Assembly (NCBI GenBank): GCA_019704295.1
Contig: AP024596.1
Span: 768,001 to 832,000 of the forward strand
Length of the DNA: 64,000 bases
Source of the DNA: Sulfolobales archaeon HS-7
GTDB lineage: Archaea; Thermoproteota; Thermoprotei_A; Sulfolobales; Sulfolobaceae
Reading direction: 5' to 3'
Below the pieces are notes generated by a model that saw only the letters and a list, made by a program, of their open reading frames with translations, searched no databases and was not told the DNA's origin. Made by a program: the position numbers and the translations under genes. How positions within the stretch are numbered: position 1 is the first letter of the stretch; every line of letters starts with the position of its first letter. This document shows positions 1 to 11,340 of this stretch, in pieces.

Positions 1-1028
1 ATATCTACGGGTACACCTACCTCGTCAATGCTTATATTGGGATCGGGAGAAATCACCGTTCTCGCAGAGAAGTCTACTCTCTTTCCAGAAAGATTCCCCC
101 TAAATCTTCCTTCCTTGCCTTTCAATCTTTGCGCTATTGTTCTAAGAGGTCTACCTGATCTGTGCTTCGCTGGGGGTAAACCGGGGATCTCATTATCGAA
201 ATACGTTGCTACATGGTACTGTAGGAGATCCCAAAGATCGTCAATTATAAGTTGTGGTGCACCGGAGTCTAAACTGTCCTTTAATCTTTCATTTATCCTT
301 ACAATGTCAACTAGTTTATGAGTGAGATCATCCTCCGCTCTAATCCCTCCTTCTATCATTATAGACGGTCTCATTATTATTGGAGGTACGGGTAATACCG
401 TTAAAATCATCCATTCAGGTCTACTACTGTTGGGGTCAAACCCGAGGATCTCTAGGTCCTCATTTGGGATCCTTTCAAACCTCTCTCTTATTTCGGACGG
501 AGTTAGTTTTATCACTCCTTCTCCCCTTTCCTCGTAAAAGGTTATTGGTTTTTCGAGTTTTATCTTGTATTGTTTTTCAGAACAGTGAGGACAAATAGTA
601 TTCTTAGCAGCAGCCTTTTTCACATAATCAATCACTCTACTCGCTATTGAAGGCCACCTATTTTTTGTAGCTTTATACATTCTTAAATATCGCTGGATTT
701 CTTCGTCGCTGAGTAAAACTCTTCCGCAATGTCTGCACGTTGCCTTCAGTAATTCGTAAATATCCTTAACATATCCTATATGAATTACAGGTCTTACTAG
801 TTCTATATGTCCGAAGTGGCCTGGGCACTGCCCTATCTGGTTACCGCATGTGGGACATTTCTGACCGGGTTCGATAACACCCAATCTGGGATCCATGACG
901 CTTCCTTCAATTGGCGTTCCGTCTTCATCGTAAACCTCAGATGTTATTATTGCAGTTACTGACATTTTCCTTATTTCTTCAGGTGATAGTAATCCAAATT
1001 TTACGCCTTTTATCACTTTATCATCCAT
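1..1028 (-). CDS. rpoA1: DNA-directed RNA polymerase subunit A' (Rpo1N), N-terminal part; runs off the window edge
   Basis: Not in the ORF track. The minus strand from ATG 1028 reads [25 protein letters not shown], with Zn motifs CPTCG...[10 protein letters not shown] and [12 protein letters not shown]. Overlaps the rpoB stop. Confidence 0.97.
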   Translation of the reverse strand, partial: MDDKVIKGVKFGLLSPEEIRKMSVTAIITSEVYDEDGTPIEGSVMDPRLGVIEPGQKCPTCGNQIGQCPGHFGHIELVRPVIHIGYVKDIYELLKATCRHCGRVLLSDEEIQRYLRMYKATKNRWPSIASRVIDYVKKAAAKNTICPHCSEKQYKIKLEKPITFYEERGEGVIKLTPSEIRERFERIPNEDLEILGFDPNSSRPEWMILTVLPVPPIIMRPSIMIEGGIRAEDDLTHKLVDIVRINERLKDSLDSGAPQLIIDDLWDLLQYHVATYFDNEIPGLPPAKHRSGRPLRTIAQRLKGKEGRFRGNLSGKRVDFSARTVISPDPNISIDEVGVPVD

Positions 1029-4000
1029 TTAGGCCCACCTTATCACCTAAATTTAATCTTGGTGAGATTCCCATACTCATGAGTTCTTGTAATAGTAGTT
1101 TGAATGCGTAAGAAACAGTTACTTGGGACAAATTATATTTATCCTTGTGAATAGGACATTCATACTTCCCGGTGTTTCTATTATACCATCCTACATATCC
1201 GCATTGCTCGCAGACATAAATTGTAGCCTTATCCGAATTATCTAACAGCCTATCTTTCAATAGGAGCACAGTTCCGTATCCAATGAGGCAATCCCTTTCC
1301 ATCTCTCCAAACCTTAGTCCTCCCTCTCTTGCCCTTCCTTCTGTAGGTTGCCTAGTTAGAATCTGCACAGGACCACGAGCTCTCGCATGCATTTTATCTG
1401 CCACCATATGATGGAGTTTTTGATAATATACCACGCCGAAATACACTCTAGCTTTGATCTTTTGTCCCGTTCTCCCATCATAAACTACCTCAGTACCATC
1501 AGGTAAATGTCCATATCCTTTTAGACCTGCCTCAATCTTATCTATAGCTTCTTTATAGAACGCAGTCGCATCGACTAGGTTTCCAGAAAGAGACGCGTAT
1601 TTTCCTGCTAATCCTTCCATAAGCTGACCGAGAGTCATTCTTGATGGAAATGCGTGAGGATTAATTATTAAATCAGGTACTATACCTTCTGTTGTATATG
1701 GCATATCGGCTTGTGAGAACAGCATACCTATCACTCCTTTTTGTCCGTGTCTGGAAGCAAACTTATCACCAATTTCCGGGATACGGAGATCACGAGTTCT
1801 CACCTTAACCAGTTTGTTACCCTCCGATGTCTCAGTTATCATTACCAAATCGACTACCCCCTCCTCACCATGTCTCGCCATAACTGACGCATCCCTTTTT
1901 GATTGTTCTGCTGTCAATTCCTTGAATTCCTGAAGGAACCTTGGAGGACTTACCTTACCTATTAATACGTCACCTCCTTTTACCTCCACTTCTGGCGAAA
2001 TTACACCGTTATCCTCTAAGTTTCTGTAATATTCTTTCCCTTTATATCCACTTACGCCAGGCTCTGGAGCCTGAATTTTATCCTCCTGTCCTCCTGCATA
2101 TTTCAACTCCTCTGTGGAATAAAGTCTAAAGAATGTGGATCTATACATTCCCCTTTCTACAGCGGTTTTATTCATTATTAGAGAATCTTCAATGTTATAC
2201 CCCGAAAAGGACATTATTGCCACCACTGCGTTAGCGCCAGCAGGCCTATTGTTATATCCTATGAGATCTATTATCCTTGTAGTTACGACGGGTTTCTGCG
2301 GGTAGTGAAGTAGATGGGCTCTAGTATCAGTTCTTAGCTGATAGTTTACACTGTAAATACCTAGAGCTTGCTTTGCCATAGCTGATTGATAAGTATTACG
2401 GGGGGATTGGTTATGTTCTGGAAAAGGTATAATGGATGCCGTTATTCCCAATACTGAAGGTGGCCAAATCTCTAAGTGAGTATGCGCCTTGGTAATTTCT
2501 TTCTCATCCAATGCGATAAAGGTATTTTCCTCTTCATCGGCATCTAAAAATTCTATTTTACCCTCCTTGACAAGATCGTCAAAGGTCTTAACTCCATTTT
2601 CTAATTTCGTAATATCTTCTTCTGCTACTTTGGGCTTACCATCTTGTACTACTATGAGCGGTCTTCTAACCCTGCCCGAATCACAATTAATATACACTTC
2701 ATCTATGCTATCATTAACATAGTGAGAAACGTTAACTTCATAGTTTATCTCTCCTTCTCTCCTTCTCCTCCTTATATCTTCCGCTAATTGTTCGCCATCA
2801 GGATGATACCCTATAAGCCTTCCATTTAGAATTACTTTACTCCAAGTACTGAAATCTGATGGAGAACTGCCTTCGTTTATTTTCCTTAATATTTCGTCTT
2901 GACTCAGGACATTTAAGTCCCATAAAAACCTCTCTATATATTTTTCAGGTACTCCAACGGATATCTGTGCCATTAACGCTAAATTCTTAACTAAACCGCT
3001 GTTAGGTCCTTCTGGTGTTTCGAATGGACACATTCTTCCCCATTGCGTACCGTGCAGATCCCTTGCCTCAAAATGAGGTTGCCCTCTCGTTAGGGAAGAG
3101 ACGACACGCCGTAAATGGCTTAGTGAGGAGAGAATGTTTGTCCTATCTAGAAGCTGACTAACTCCCGTTCTACCTCCTACCCAGTTTCCGGTAGCTAGCG
3201 CATGTTTTATTCTGTCTGTTATTATGTCCGGTCTCACCATAGAACTGACAGTTATTCTCCTTCCTCTTTGTTTTGATTTTTCAAGTTGATAGGTTAAATC
3301 CTTAACAAATGCCTTAAATGCAATTCTGAAAAGTGATGCAAATAAATCTCCCGCAAGCTTTAATCTCTTATTCGCATAGTGATCTTTATCGTCAGGTTCC
3401 CTCCTACCAAGGTACAGTTCCAGTAATTTATTTGTAGCCCAGCATAAGTATAATGCCTTCTTTTTTCTATCAGAAGGATTAAGACCTAAATGTGGTAGGA
3501 AATATTTGTCTAATATTTGTTCTGCTTTTTGTATTCTACTCTCTCTTTTTTGGCCTATCGCAACTCTATTGCCTATAAAGTCGAGTGCATCTTCCACTGT
3601 AGTAATCGAAGAGGCTTGTTCCAATGAAGGAAATAACTCATTTTGAATTTCATTATCAAGAGATACTGAGTAAACAATGTCCCTATCAGAAGTTATACCT
3701 AATGCTCTTACCAATATTATGAAGGGAATTTTACCTGGGATGGAGGGAAACGACACTTGGATGGTTCCCTCCTTGTTCCTCTCTAAGGTCACTGGCACTC
3801 TGTATCCTGCCGTACTTGAGATTATCTTCGCGGTATGTGTTATATTTGCTCCAGTTTTCCCTTCGTCTGTTAAAACTTTATTTATAGCCAAATCCTCTTG
3901 AGTTACTATAACCCTTTCGCTTCCGTTAACTATAAAATAACCTCCAGGATCTTCAGGATCTTCACCAATTTCTACCAGTTTATTTCTATCAAAGCTTGAT

Positions 4001-4380
4001 AACGGATCTACGCTAGATTTTAACATTATTGGTAAATCACCAATGTAGACTTCTTCTGGTTCTCCCTCAATATTATTTTCAATAGGTGTCATTGTTAAAA
4101 AGATGGGCGCGGCATACGTTAGATTCCTCAGCCTAGCTTCCATAGGTGTAATCTGTCTTTCAGATCTGTCAGATTCCCTTATTCGTGGATATCCGATTCT
4201 AACACTTCCCAACTTAATTTTAAGGCCTGGTATTTCTGTGGTTATCTCACCCTGTTCATCAATTATTTGTTGTAGAGTTGCTGTTACGAAAGTGTTAAAG
4301 GAGTCCAAATGTTGTCTTACTAGTCCTTTAGAGGTAAAGTAATTCTTTATTAAAGACCATCTACCCTCTACGGTTAGCAT
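1021..4380 (-). CDS. rpoB: DNA-directed RNA polymerase subunit B (unsplit Rpo2)
   Basis: 1119 aa; [24 protein letters not shown]-terminal Zn ribbon. Confidence 0.99.
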   Translation of the reverse strand: MLTVEGRWSLIKNYFTSKGLVRQHLDSFNTFVTATLQQIIDEQGEITTEIPGLKIKLGSVRIGYPRIRESDRSERQITPMEARLRNLTYAAPIFLTMTPIENNIEGEPEEVYIGDLPIMLKSSVDPLSSFDRNKLVEIGEDPEDPGGYFIVNGSERVIVTQEDLAINKVLTDEGKTGANITHTAKIISSTAGYRVPVTLERNKEGTIQVSFPSIPGKIPFIILVRALGITSDRDIVYSVSLDNEIQNELFPSLEQASSITTVEDALDFIGNRVAIGQKRESRIQKAEQILDKYFLPHLGLNPSDRKKKALYLCWATNKLLELYLGRREPDDKDHYANKRLKLAGDLFASLFRIAFKAFVKDLTYQLEKSKQRGRRITVSSMVRPDIITDRIKHALATGNWVGGRTGVSQLLDRTNILSSLSHLRRVVSSLTRGQPHFEARDLHGTQWGRMCPFETPEGPNSGLVKNLALMAQISVGVPEKYIERFLWDLNVLSQDEILRKINEGSSPSDFSTWSKVILNGRLIGYHPDGEQLAEDIRRRRREGEINYEVNVSHYVNDSIDEVYINCDSGRVRRPLIVVQDGKPKVAEEDITKLENGVKTFDDLVKEGKIEFLDADEEENTFIALDEKEITKAHTHLEIWPPSVLGITASIIPFPEHNQSPRNTYQSAMAKQALGIYSVNYQLRTDTRAHLLHYPQKPVVTTRIIDLIGYNNRPAGANAVVAIMSFSGYNIEDSLIMNKTAVERGMYRSTFFRLYSTEELKYAGGQEDKIQAPEPGVSGYKGKEYYRNLEDNGVISPEVEVKGGDVLIGKVSPPRFLQEFKELTAEQSKRDASVMARHGEEGVVDLVMITETSEGNKLVKVRTRDLRIPEIGDKFASRHGQKGVIGMLFSQADMPYTTEGIVPDLIINPHAFPSRMTLGQLMEGLAGKYASLSGNLVDATAFYKEAIDKIEAGLKGYGHLPDGTEVVYDGRTGQKIKARVYFGVVYYQKLHHMVADKMHARARGPVQILTRQPTEGRAREGGLRFGEMERDCLIGYGTVLLLKDRLLDNSDKATIYVCEQCGYVGWYNRNTGKYECPIHKDKYNLSQVTVSYAFKLLLQELMSMGISPRLNLGDKVGLNG

Positions 4381-4387
4381 AGATCAT

Positions 4388-4636
4388 TTACCCCGATATT
4401 ACATATCTATATAGTATAAATTCTCCTGCTGTAGGATTTTTGCGTGTTATCCTTATAATGTCTCCAGGTTTAGCTCCTATAGCTCTTGCAATAGGATCTG
4501 AAGCCCTTATCCAAGGTAACTCCTCAGGCTTTACTCCTAGCTCTTTTAGTATTTTTACTGCCTCCGCTAGAGGAAGTTTCTCATGTTTTGGTACAAGAAC
4601 ATGATTTAAGGGGTTAAACTTTTTTGAGGATCGCAT
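4388..4636 (-). CDS. rpoH: RNA polymerase subunit H (Rpo5)
   Basis: [19 protein letters not shown]; first gene of rpoH-B-A1. Confidence 0.98.
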   Translation of the reverse strand: MRSSKKFNPLNHVLVPKHEKLPLAEAVKILKELGVKPEELPWIRASDPIARAIGAKPGDIIRITRKNPTAGEFILYRYVISG

Positions 4637-4795
4637 AATACCTCACAAATTAGTAGTTCCATATATGCATGTGGTATTATTAAATCTATATTTTCAGCTA
4701 AAGTTTATCTTCTGTTCTACGCTATTGTAGAAAATAATCACCTAACCAAGTTAAGACTATGATTGTTCATCTAAGATCGTGTTATACTTCCTTAA

Positions 4796-4960
4796 CAGTG
4801 ATGTTACGCGAATTTCACTAAAGATGAGACAATTTCGAAAATGGGGAAAATCTCACTAACAAGAGTACAAATTAGCTGAATTTCTATTAAAGTAGAGAAA
4901 GAACTCAACCTTACAATATAAGCTCCCTCAAAGAAATAGAAAGTATTACGTTTACGCCGT
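4796..4960 (+). mobile_element. Isolated left-end fragment of the ISH3/IS4-like element
   Basis: CAGTGATGTTACGCGAATTTCACTAAAGATGAGACAATTTCGAAAA aligns with the ends at 13141(rc), 32742 and 49490(rc); right boundary approximate. Confidence 0.75.
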
Positions 4961-5058
4961 AGAGAAGAGTAAAGACGTTAGCGTAAGGGAAACTTGCATT
5001 GGCCTTTAGATAAGATCATGCAACTAGCATTAGGGGTGTTATAGGATATCACCTAAAG

Positions 5059-5132
<74 letters not shown>

Positions 5133-5217
5133 TTAACAACTATTATTCGATAATTGCCTTATAAATTCGCTCGTGTAAAAGTCTTGATATAATCGGATAA
5201 AAACACTTGACAGATTA

Positions 5218-6256
5218 TACTTGGTCAGACCTTAAAGAGCAAGATTTATATTTCGTGAGTAATACGAAATTGTTATTTCGAAATCCAGCATGCACGGAAT
5301 AAGGCTTAACAAGAAGCAAGAGGAGGATTAACGCAGTGAAAGACGTGAGGGACGGGATAAGGGATGTCGCGAGGAAGTACGACGTGTCCATCTTCACCGT
5401 ATACAAGTGATTGGGGAGGGATGATCCGAGCGCGAAACCGAGGAGTCATGAAAATAAAGGACGAGGAAAAACTCGTCAAGATCTTGGAAAAGAGTCCTAG
5501 AGACTTGGGGTTGAACTGTGATTTTTGGACATTGAAGCTCGTAGCCTACGTGCTTGAGAGGGAGTTCTGGGTAAAGTACAACCCAAGGAGCTTGGGCCCA
5601 GTCCTCAACAAGTTGGACTTCAAGTACAAGAAGGTCAAGAGAACCTACGTAAGGGACGAGAAGGCCGTGGAGGGATGGGTTAGGGAACAAGGGGAGAGAC
5701 TTTTTAAAAAAATAGCCGAGGGATACAAGGTACACGTCTTTGTCGTGTCGCCCGTAAACAAGGGTTGGATGAAGGCAGGAGCAGGGGTAAAAGTTAACCC
5801 CAAGAGGAAGAGGTTTGCAGTAATAGGAGGAATAATGATAAGCAAAGCGGGAATAACCTTTACCTACTCGACCTACAAGAAGCCCTCGTTGAATTCCGAG
5901 GATATCATACTTGAGAAAGGTGATAAAGGACGAGAAGGTCGTGGTGATAATGGACAACACCAGAATCCAAGGAAATAGAGTGAGGAAATTCCTTGAGGAG
6001 AACGGCGTGGATTTCGTTTACTTACCGCCCTACTCCCCAGACAAGAGCCCAGCTGAGGGACCTTGGGCGATCCTCAAGAGAAAGCTCTACTCCAAGATCT
6101 ACACGGACTTCGAGACGTTAACGTGAGACGCAAGAAGGTTTCTACGTTCGATATCCAAGAGAGTAGGTGACCTCGTATACAGTGTGAAAAGGTGTGGTGA
6201 ACCCCAGACGTCAATACTGAGTGAAGTTCCCTTGTCCTTTAAAGCCTGACGGAGTA
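5218..6256 (+). mobile_element. IS630-family insertion sequence (~1040 bp), inactivated
   Basis: Imperfect 20-bp TIRs TACTTGGTCAGACCTTAAAG / rc TACTCCGTCAGGCTTTAAAG (16/20 match), preceded by TA; encloses HTH and DDE transposase fragments. Confidence 0.88.
5290..6126 (+). pseudogene. IS630-family transposase pseudogene
   Basis: HTH VARKYDVSIFTVYK* (TGG>TGA), FWTLKLVA, VVVIMDN and YLPPYSPDKSPAEGPW spread over different frames. Confidence 0.9.
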
Positions 6257-6301
6257 TGATATGCTACTATTTATTCATCATGCTGTCAAAGTCCTCATCG
6301 T

Positions 6302-7576
6302 TCATATTTTTTCCACAATATCATCTAACTTATCAAATTCTACTTTCTGCTGATATTTATTTTTAAGGTTCTTTAAAATCAGTGTATTTTCCTTTAGTTC
6401 TTTGTTGCCTAATATAATTGCGTAGTCAAATTGAAGTTCGCCATAATGGGATAGTAATTTCCCTATAGATGTCTGTTTTTGATTGATAACCACAGAATAT
6501 CCTTTTTTTCTCAACATAGAAATTTTTTTATAAGCTTTGATAAGAGCCTCATCATTAAGAGCAATAAGCACAATCTTTTTTCCTTCAATTTTCAGCTCAC
6601 GCAGTTGTTCAGCTGTTCTTTCAACACCTATTGCAAATCCTATAGCTGGAGTAGGCGGACCGCCATAAAGCTCTACTAACTCATCATATCTTCCTCCACC
6701 TGCTATACTATAGGGAAGCGAATCGTATATCACCTCAAATATTATGCCAGTATAATATGCAAGACCTCTTACAAATCCTGGATTTGTTATGTGTTTTATA
6801 CCAAATCTATCCAGAGTATCAGATACACGTTTTAGATAGTTTATCTCACTCACGCTATCATTGAGATTAAGTACTTCAGCCTCGGCTTGGAGTTTATCTA
6901 AAGTTTTATTATCGGTATTATCACTCTTAATAAGTTTTAATACAAACTCTAAGTGCTTTTCATCACGTATGAAATTAGATAGCTTCTCCTGTGCCTCATC
7001 AAACAGTCTCTTATCTATATAGTGTAATAGAGAGGCTTGTGTATCTCTATCAACATTATATTTTTCCATAATTCTTCTTAATATGCCTATATTTCCTAGT
7101 TTTATTTCTATATTCTCAGTAAAATCTAATTCCTCGTAAAAGTTATGAAGTAAAAGAATAACTTCTATATCCGACCAAAGACCTTTCTCACCAAACATCT
7201 CTATACCCGCTTGCCTAAATTCCCTATATCTCCCATTTTGAGGCTCGTCATATCTATAAACAGTTCCAGAGTAATAGAGTCTTACTGGCTTTGGAAATGA
7301 GAGCATGTACCTCAAGAATACCCTTACTGCACTTGGAGTAATCTCGGGTCGTAGAGATAAAAGTCTACCAGCCTTATCCTGAAATACGTACATGGTCTTA
7401 CTTATTTCCTCACCACTTTTTTTAGCAAAAAGTTCAAAATTCTCAACTACAGGAGTTATTATCTCGTTATATCCCGCTCTACTCACTACTGTTTTAAAGG
7501 TTCTAATTACATATTCAATTTTCTCTGCTTCCTCACCATAATAGTCTTGCATTCCACGAGGAGGTTGAAAGTTCAC
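6302..7576 (-). CDS. hisS: Histidyl-tRNA synthetase
   Basis: PRGMQD, LRPEITPS, YRYDEPQNGRYREFRQAG, RGLAYYTG, GGGRYD. Confidence 0.98.
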   Translation of the reverse strand: MNFQPPRGMQDYYGEEAEKIEYVIRTFKTVVSRAGYNEIITPVVENFELFAKKSGEEISKTMYVFQDKAGRLLSLRPEITPSAVRVFLRYMLSFPKPVRLYYSGTVYRYDEPQNGRYREFRQAGIEMFGEKGLWSDIEVILLLHNFYEELDFTENIEIKLGNIGILRRIMEKYNVDRDTQASLLHYIDKRLFDEAQEKLSNFIRDEKHLEFVLKLIKSDNTDNKTLDKLQAEAEVLNLNDSVSEINYLKRVSDTLDRFGIKHITNPGFVRGLAYYTGIIFEVIYDSLPYSIAGGGRYDELVELYGGPPTPAIGFAIGVERTAEQLRELKIEGKKIVLIALNDEALIKAYKKISMLRKKGYSVVINQKQTSIGKLLSHYGELQFDYAIILGNKELKENTLILKNLKNKYQQKVEFDKLDDIVEKI

Positions 7577-7585
7577 TTGTTTTCA

Positions 7586-8044
7586 CTAAAAGACATTACT
7601 TTCCGATAGATTATAATATGTTATATCTCCGTACTTATCGATTATTGCTAAAAATAATTCTTTGGAATTTTTCCTAGAAAATCTAAGTATCTCGAAAATC
7701 TTGCTAGGGTATATCTCCTCATTTTCACTCACAATATATATCACCGCGTATGGTTCCCCTTCTTTACTAGTTAAAAGAAGTAATGATGATTCGAATGGAC
7801 CATCTTCTAACACTCTTCCTTTCTCCCTTAAATCAACATAAACGATAAATTTCTTCCACAACGTTATATCGCGACGGTATAACGACAATATAATCTCCTG
7901 AAATTCCGATTTCTTGCCTTTCATTATTATATTTAATTTCGATTTAAATAACAAATACAATATCTCAAACACATCCCTGTAACGCTTATCTTTAAAGAGC
8001 TCATCAATATTATTAATATAAATATTTTCAGTTTCCTCCGACAC
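7586..8044 (-). CDS. tRNA-splicing endonuclease, probable structural (non-catalytic) subunit
   Basis: FIVYVDLREKGR motif and terminal LAIIDKYGDITYY strand; the catalytic G.KYG.DF..Y motif is absent. Confidence 0.75.
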   Translation of the reverse strand: MSEETENIYINNIDELFKDKRYRDVFEILYLLFKSKLNIIMKGKKSEFQEIILSLYRRDITLWKKFIVYVDLREKGRVLEDGPFESSLLLLTSKEGEPYAVIYIVSENEEIYPSKIFEILRFSRKNSKELFLAIIDKYGDITYYNLSESNVF

Positions 8045-8099
8045 CGTACTCTACTTGTTCATAAATTCAAAATTATAGGTTAATTAGTATTATCTTTAT

Positions 8100-8657
8100 A
8101 TGAGATGTGATGTATGTGGAAGTAACATGGTAATAGAGGATATACGTAATGGTGAAATTGTTTGTATGAATTGTGGCATTGTTTTAGGACAGATTTATGA
8201 AAATCAAATAAATGATTACTATAGCGATGAACTGATTTATCCCTCATGGAACAGCTCAGATCTGAATCAGAGAAAGCTCAGAATATCGTCTTTTAGAAAA
8301 TATAGGGCATTAATGCGAAGACCTCTCCTCCTTTTTAACCAAAAGATAGCAGCTAATGTTTTTATATCAAAAAAATATAGTCCTAAACTTTTTATTCATT
8401 TGAATTCTCTTAGGGCTAGAAAAATCCTAGAAGATAAGGAAATATTATCATATTATAATAAAATTATTCAAAAAGACTTCTTATCAGGGAGGAGTGATAG
8501 AATTAAAATAGCTTTAGCAATATATTTATATAATGTTAGTCGTGGAAAAAGAAACGACTTTGCTTTTTTAAAGAAGATTGGAGTTTCTGAAGCATATTTT
8601 AAGAAAGTCATAAGAAAAATAGGAAGAACCAGGCTCATTCAGCTTATGCAAAACTAG
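8100..8657 (+). CDS. tfb3: Truncated TFIIB-type Zn-ribbon protein, probable TFB3 (DNA-damage activator)
   Basis: N-terminal CDVCG...GEIVCMNCG ribbon; 185 aa without two full cyclin repeats; neighbours hisS and the endonuclease subunit as in Sulfolobales. Confidence 0.7.
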   Translation: MRCDVCGSNMVIEDIRNGEIVCMNCGIVLGQIYENQINDYYSDELIYPSWNSSDLNQRKLRISSFRKYRALMRRPLLLFNQKIAANVFISKKYSPKLFIHLNSLRARKILEDKEILSYYNKIIQKDFLSGRSDRIKIALAIYLYNVSRGKRNDFAFLKKIGVSEAYFKKVIRKIGRTRLIQLMQN

Positions 8658-8747
8658 TCCCAATTAATCGTAATTCGATATAAATTGATCAAGCCTTTTA
8701 TGAATATAATGAATAAGAAACACTACTTCTCCCATTTTTACACGAGA

Positions 8748-8945
8748 TAGTATTAAATGTGTAATTAACGTGAATAACTAAATAAACTAAAAAGTTATAA
8801 AACACGTCTCTCTAGAATTAAAATTGTTTAATTACTAGTGAAGAAACAATATAAAATCAGTTTATTGAACAAAATCACAAGTAATCTCGCATTTTTTGAT
8901 AATCAAGGCTAGGGATGAGTTTCTCTAGCGGGGTTTTAAGTGGAG
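8748..8945 (+). repeat. Family A (~360-bp MITE-like) copy, left half
   Basis: TAGTATTAAATGTGTAATTAAC...AAACTAAAAAGTTATAAAA...CTAGAATTAAA...AATATAAAATCAGTTTATT...ATCAAGGCTA aligns with the 24620 and 29695 copies. Confidence 0.85.
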
Positions 8946-8959
8946 ATTTCAGCGTTTAG

Positions 8960-9105
8960 TAATAGACCTAACCGCGTCATCACGATCAGTATCTTAAAGT
9001 ACATTATGGGTTCGTACTTGGAGAACTTAAGGCGCTCGAACTCCCTGACAACTACGTCCTCCAACTCACTCAGGATTTTGATAAGGTCAAAAGGATATTT
9101 ACTCT
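8960..9105 (-). pseudogene. Possible N-terminal fragment of another transposase
   Basis: Higher-GC patch reading PFDLIKILSELEDVVVREFERLKFSKYEPIMYFKILIVM; family uncertain. Confidence 0.4.
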
Positions 9106-9295
9106 TCTAACCCAAGTACTTCAACAGGGAAAACATGCAGCACTAGGGATGAGGATAGCGAGTCCCTACAACGGTTTAGTTTTAAGAGGTGCAAGTTTAT
9201 CAAGACCAAGAACGTCAAGAAATACAACGTTGATCTAGGTACAATTCTAGACTCCCTCTTCCCATAGCTATGTTAGAGGCGAAGCGTGTAGTGCC

Positions 9296-9596
9296 TTGAA
9301 GTACTAGATGGAGAAGCACGGCAAGACACTGACCCTTGTGAATCCTGCATTCACATCTAAAACCTGCGTGAGGTGCGGTTACATGAAAGACGACTTAACC
9401 CTTCTTGACCGAGCGTTCTTCTGTACTAAATGCGGATGAGTCACTGATCGTGATTACAACGCTTCCCTGAACATTCTACGTAAATCAGGGTCAGTACGAC
9501 CCTCAGGGCTTGTGAAGCTCCGCCTTCTACCAATACTTAGGTACTAGTAAGGTGGGGCTTGGAAGCAGTAAGCCCTGTTTAGGGGGGTGAGTTCAC
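9296..9596 (+). mobile_element. tnpB: IS200/IS605 remnant: TnpB C-terminus plus right end (omega-RNA region)
   Basis: [27 protein letters not shown]...FFCTKCG*VTDRDYNASLNILR, then GAAGCAGTAAGCCC...GGGGTGAGTTCAC. Confidence 0.9.
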
Positions 9597-10349
9597 TTAC
9601 GAATGTTCATTAGATATGTTGGATATAGTATAGCTACTTCTTGCATTCTGAATACATCTCCATATTCCGTCTCGGGGGACACCCTCTACACATCTCTCTG
9701 AAACAAACTCCTTTTTATCATCTACTGTAATAGGTTCTTTTCTTATCCAGTTCTCGTGAAGTATGCATGACGGTCCTGCATATTTGAATATCCTAGGGTG
9801 CACACTACGTACTTGTTCAAACATAGCCCAGGCAACTTCCCTTATTTCCCATTGGGCCCTGCTGCATAGCCTCAACGCGAAGAAGTTTATCAACTCTCTA
9901 GCATTCATGGTTACAACTATATTCGTGTTTACGCCATTCGGCAAAATATAGCGGGCGTCCTCCTCTGGTACTCCCGATGATAGCAGAGAGAAATACATCT
10001 CATACTCCTTTTTATAAAGTTCCTCTATCTTACCTTCTGCGGAAGGAGGTACTACTGGCTGGTAGTACTGGTCGATAGGTCTCGCAAACCGATGACTGGT
10101 TTGGGTATAAGATGCTATCCTGTGCCTGATTAACTGGTGGGATGCTACGCGAGATATACCCTCAATTGAAAAAGTGTAAGATATATGTTCGAATGGCGAT
10201 AGGTAGTTGTGAAGAAAAGCTTCTCTTATCCATACGTCAACCTCCTCATCGGGTATTTCCCTCCATCCCTTCCTTGTCCTACTTATTTTAGAAGCTATCG
10301 CAACTATTTTTTCCGCATCGTGCAAGTAAGATACTAAGACGACTCTCAT
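9597..10349 (-). CDS. thyX: FAD-dependent thymidylate synthase
   Basis: [39 protein letters not shown]. Confidence 0.97.
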   Translation of the reverse strand: MRVVLVSYLHDAEKIVAIASKISRTRKGWREIPDEEVDVWIREAFLHNYLSPFEHISYTFSIEGISRVASHQLIRHRIASYTQTSHRFARPIDQYYQPVVPPSAEGKIEELYKKEYEMYFSLLSSGVPEEDARYILPNGVNTNIVVTMNARELINFFALRLCSRAQWEIREVAWAMFEQVRSVHPRIFKYAGPSCILHENWIRKEPITVDDKKEFVSERCVEGVPRDGIWRCIQNARSSYTISNISNEHS

Positions 10350-10649
10350 AATATGATATACTCTTATTATGCTTAGATTTTAACCAACTTTACTCCTTAA
10401 TACTCGCCTTTTGCTGTAGCAGTTTGAGTAGATAAGATATAGGTTTATTTAATTCATCTTTATGGAATCAGAGAAGACCTGTGAGAGTGGTTAGCCCATC
10501 ATAAAAAAGAGTTTGTAAATGATAATGTAGTATTAAAGAAGCAAGCATTACCGAAACGCCTAAGCGAAGGCTGATGTAATACGCCTCCCCTTCAATTAAC
10601 ATTCCAGATTAATAACATCATGAACATCAAATTCGATACATTTTCTGAA

Positions 10650-10727
10650 CCACCCTCAGTGACAGTAGAATCCTTTACCGTCGGTGGAAAACGGGAAGTT
10701 GTGCTCGTGAGGTACAGCGTAGTTCAC
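10650..10727 (+). mobile_element. IS200/IS605 right-end / omega-RNA 3' remnant
   Basis: GGGAAG-TTGTGCTC-GT-GAGGTACAGC-GTAGTTCAC hairpin ending in TTCAC, preceded by a CCTTTACC...GGTGG stem like the one at 9525-9556. Confidence 0.55.
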
Positions 10728-10765
10728 CATTAGAGAAGGTATGGGGTATTTTTCCTAGAAATGTT

Positions 10766-11110
10766 CTAACATATCCTTGTACCTGGTTGCACATCATTAT
10801 CCGTTGTAAGCAGTTGTGGCCTTATCCCTTTCTCCTCGTCGTCTTTACAACCAGCAGCCAATATCATTCCTTGACTTTCGTAACCTCTGATTCTCTTCGT
10901 TCTCAAATTCGTAATAACAACTACTCTTTTATTTACTAAGCTACTTGGCTCGTAGTAATCTGCTATGCCAGATATTATTTGCCTGTATTCTGATCCAATG
11001 TCAACAACTAATTTGAGTAATTTTGTGCCTTCAATTCTTTCTGCCTCCTTTACAACACCTATTCTTAAATCTAACTTCCCGAAGTATTCTATATCGATCT
11101 GCTCACTCAT
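10766..11110 (-). CDS. Stand-alone tRNA-binding OB-fold protein (MetRS C-terminal / Trbp111 family)
   Basis: FGKLDLRIG, KLLKLVVDIG, RQIISGI, GYESQGMILAA. Confidence 0.92.
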   Translation of the reverse strand: MSEQIDIEYFGKLDLRIGVVKEAERIEGTKLLKLVVDIGSEYRQIISGIADYYEPSSLVNKRVVVITNLRTKRIRGYESQGMILAAGCKDDEEKGIRPQLLTTDNDVQPGTRIC

Positions 11111-11340
11111 ATTTCATGAGTTTTATCAGAGGAATTTAAGATTTACCAGATTTTTATTTTATATGAAATTATACGTTTTCTATATATATAAATTAAAAAT
11201 TTATAAAGGAGTACAAGGAAAATCTGAAAGAATTGGCATGTGTAAATCCATATCTTCTCTATAACGCTGAAAAATCCTTTTCAATGATAAGTTTTCTTTG
11301 CTTCTGTGAGTTGTCCAGGAATATATTATTATATCTAATA

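Noticed and set aside
5364-6126. Programmed frameshift producing an active IS630 transposase
   Set aside because: An in-frame TGA in the HTH, several frame changes, an incomplete DDE core and mismatched TIRs indicate a dead element
6262-6305. ATGATGA-containing stretch after hisS as a C/D sRNA
   Set aside because: No CTGA D box at a suitable distance, even after removing the IS630 in silico
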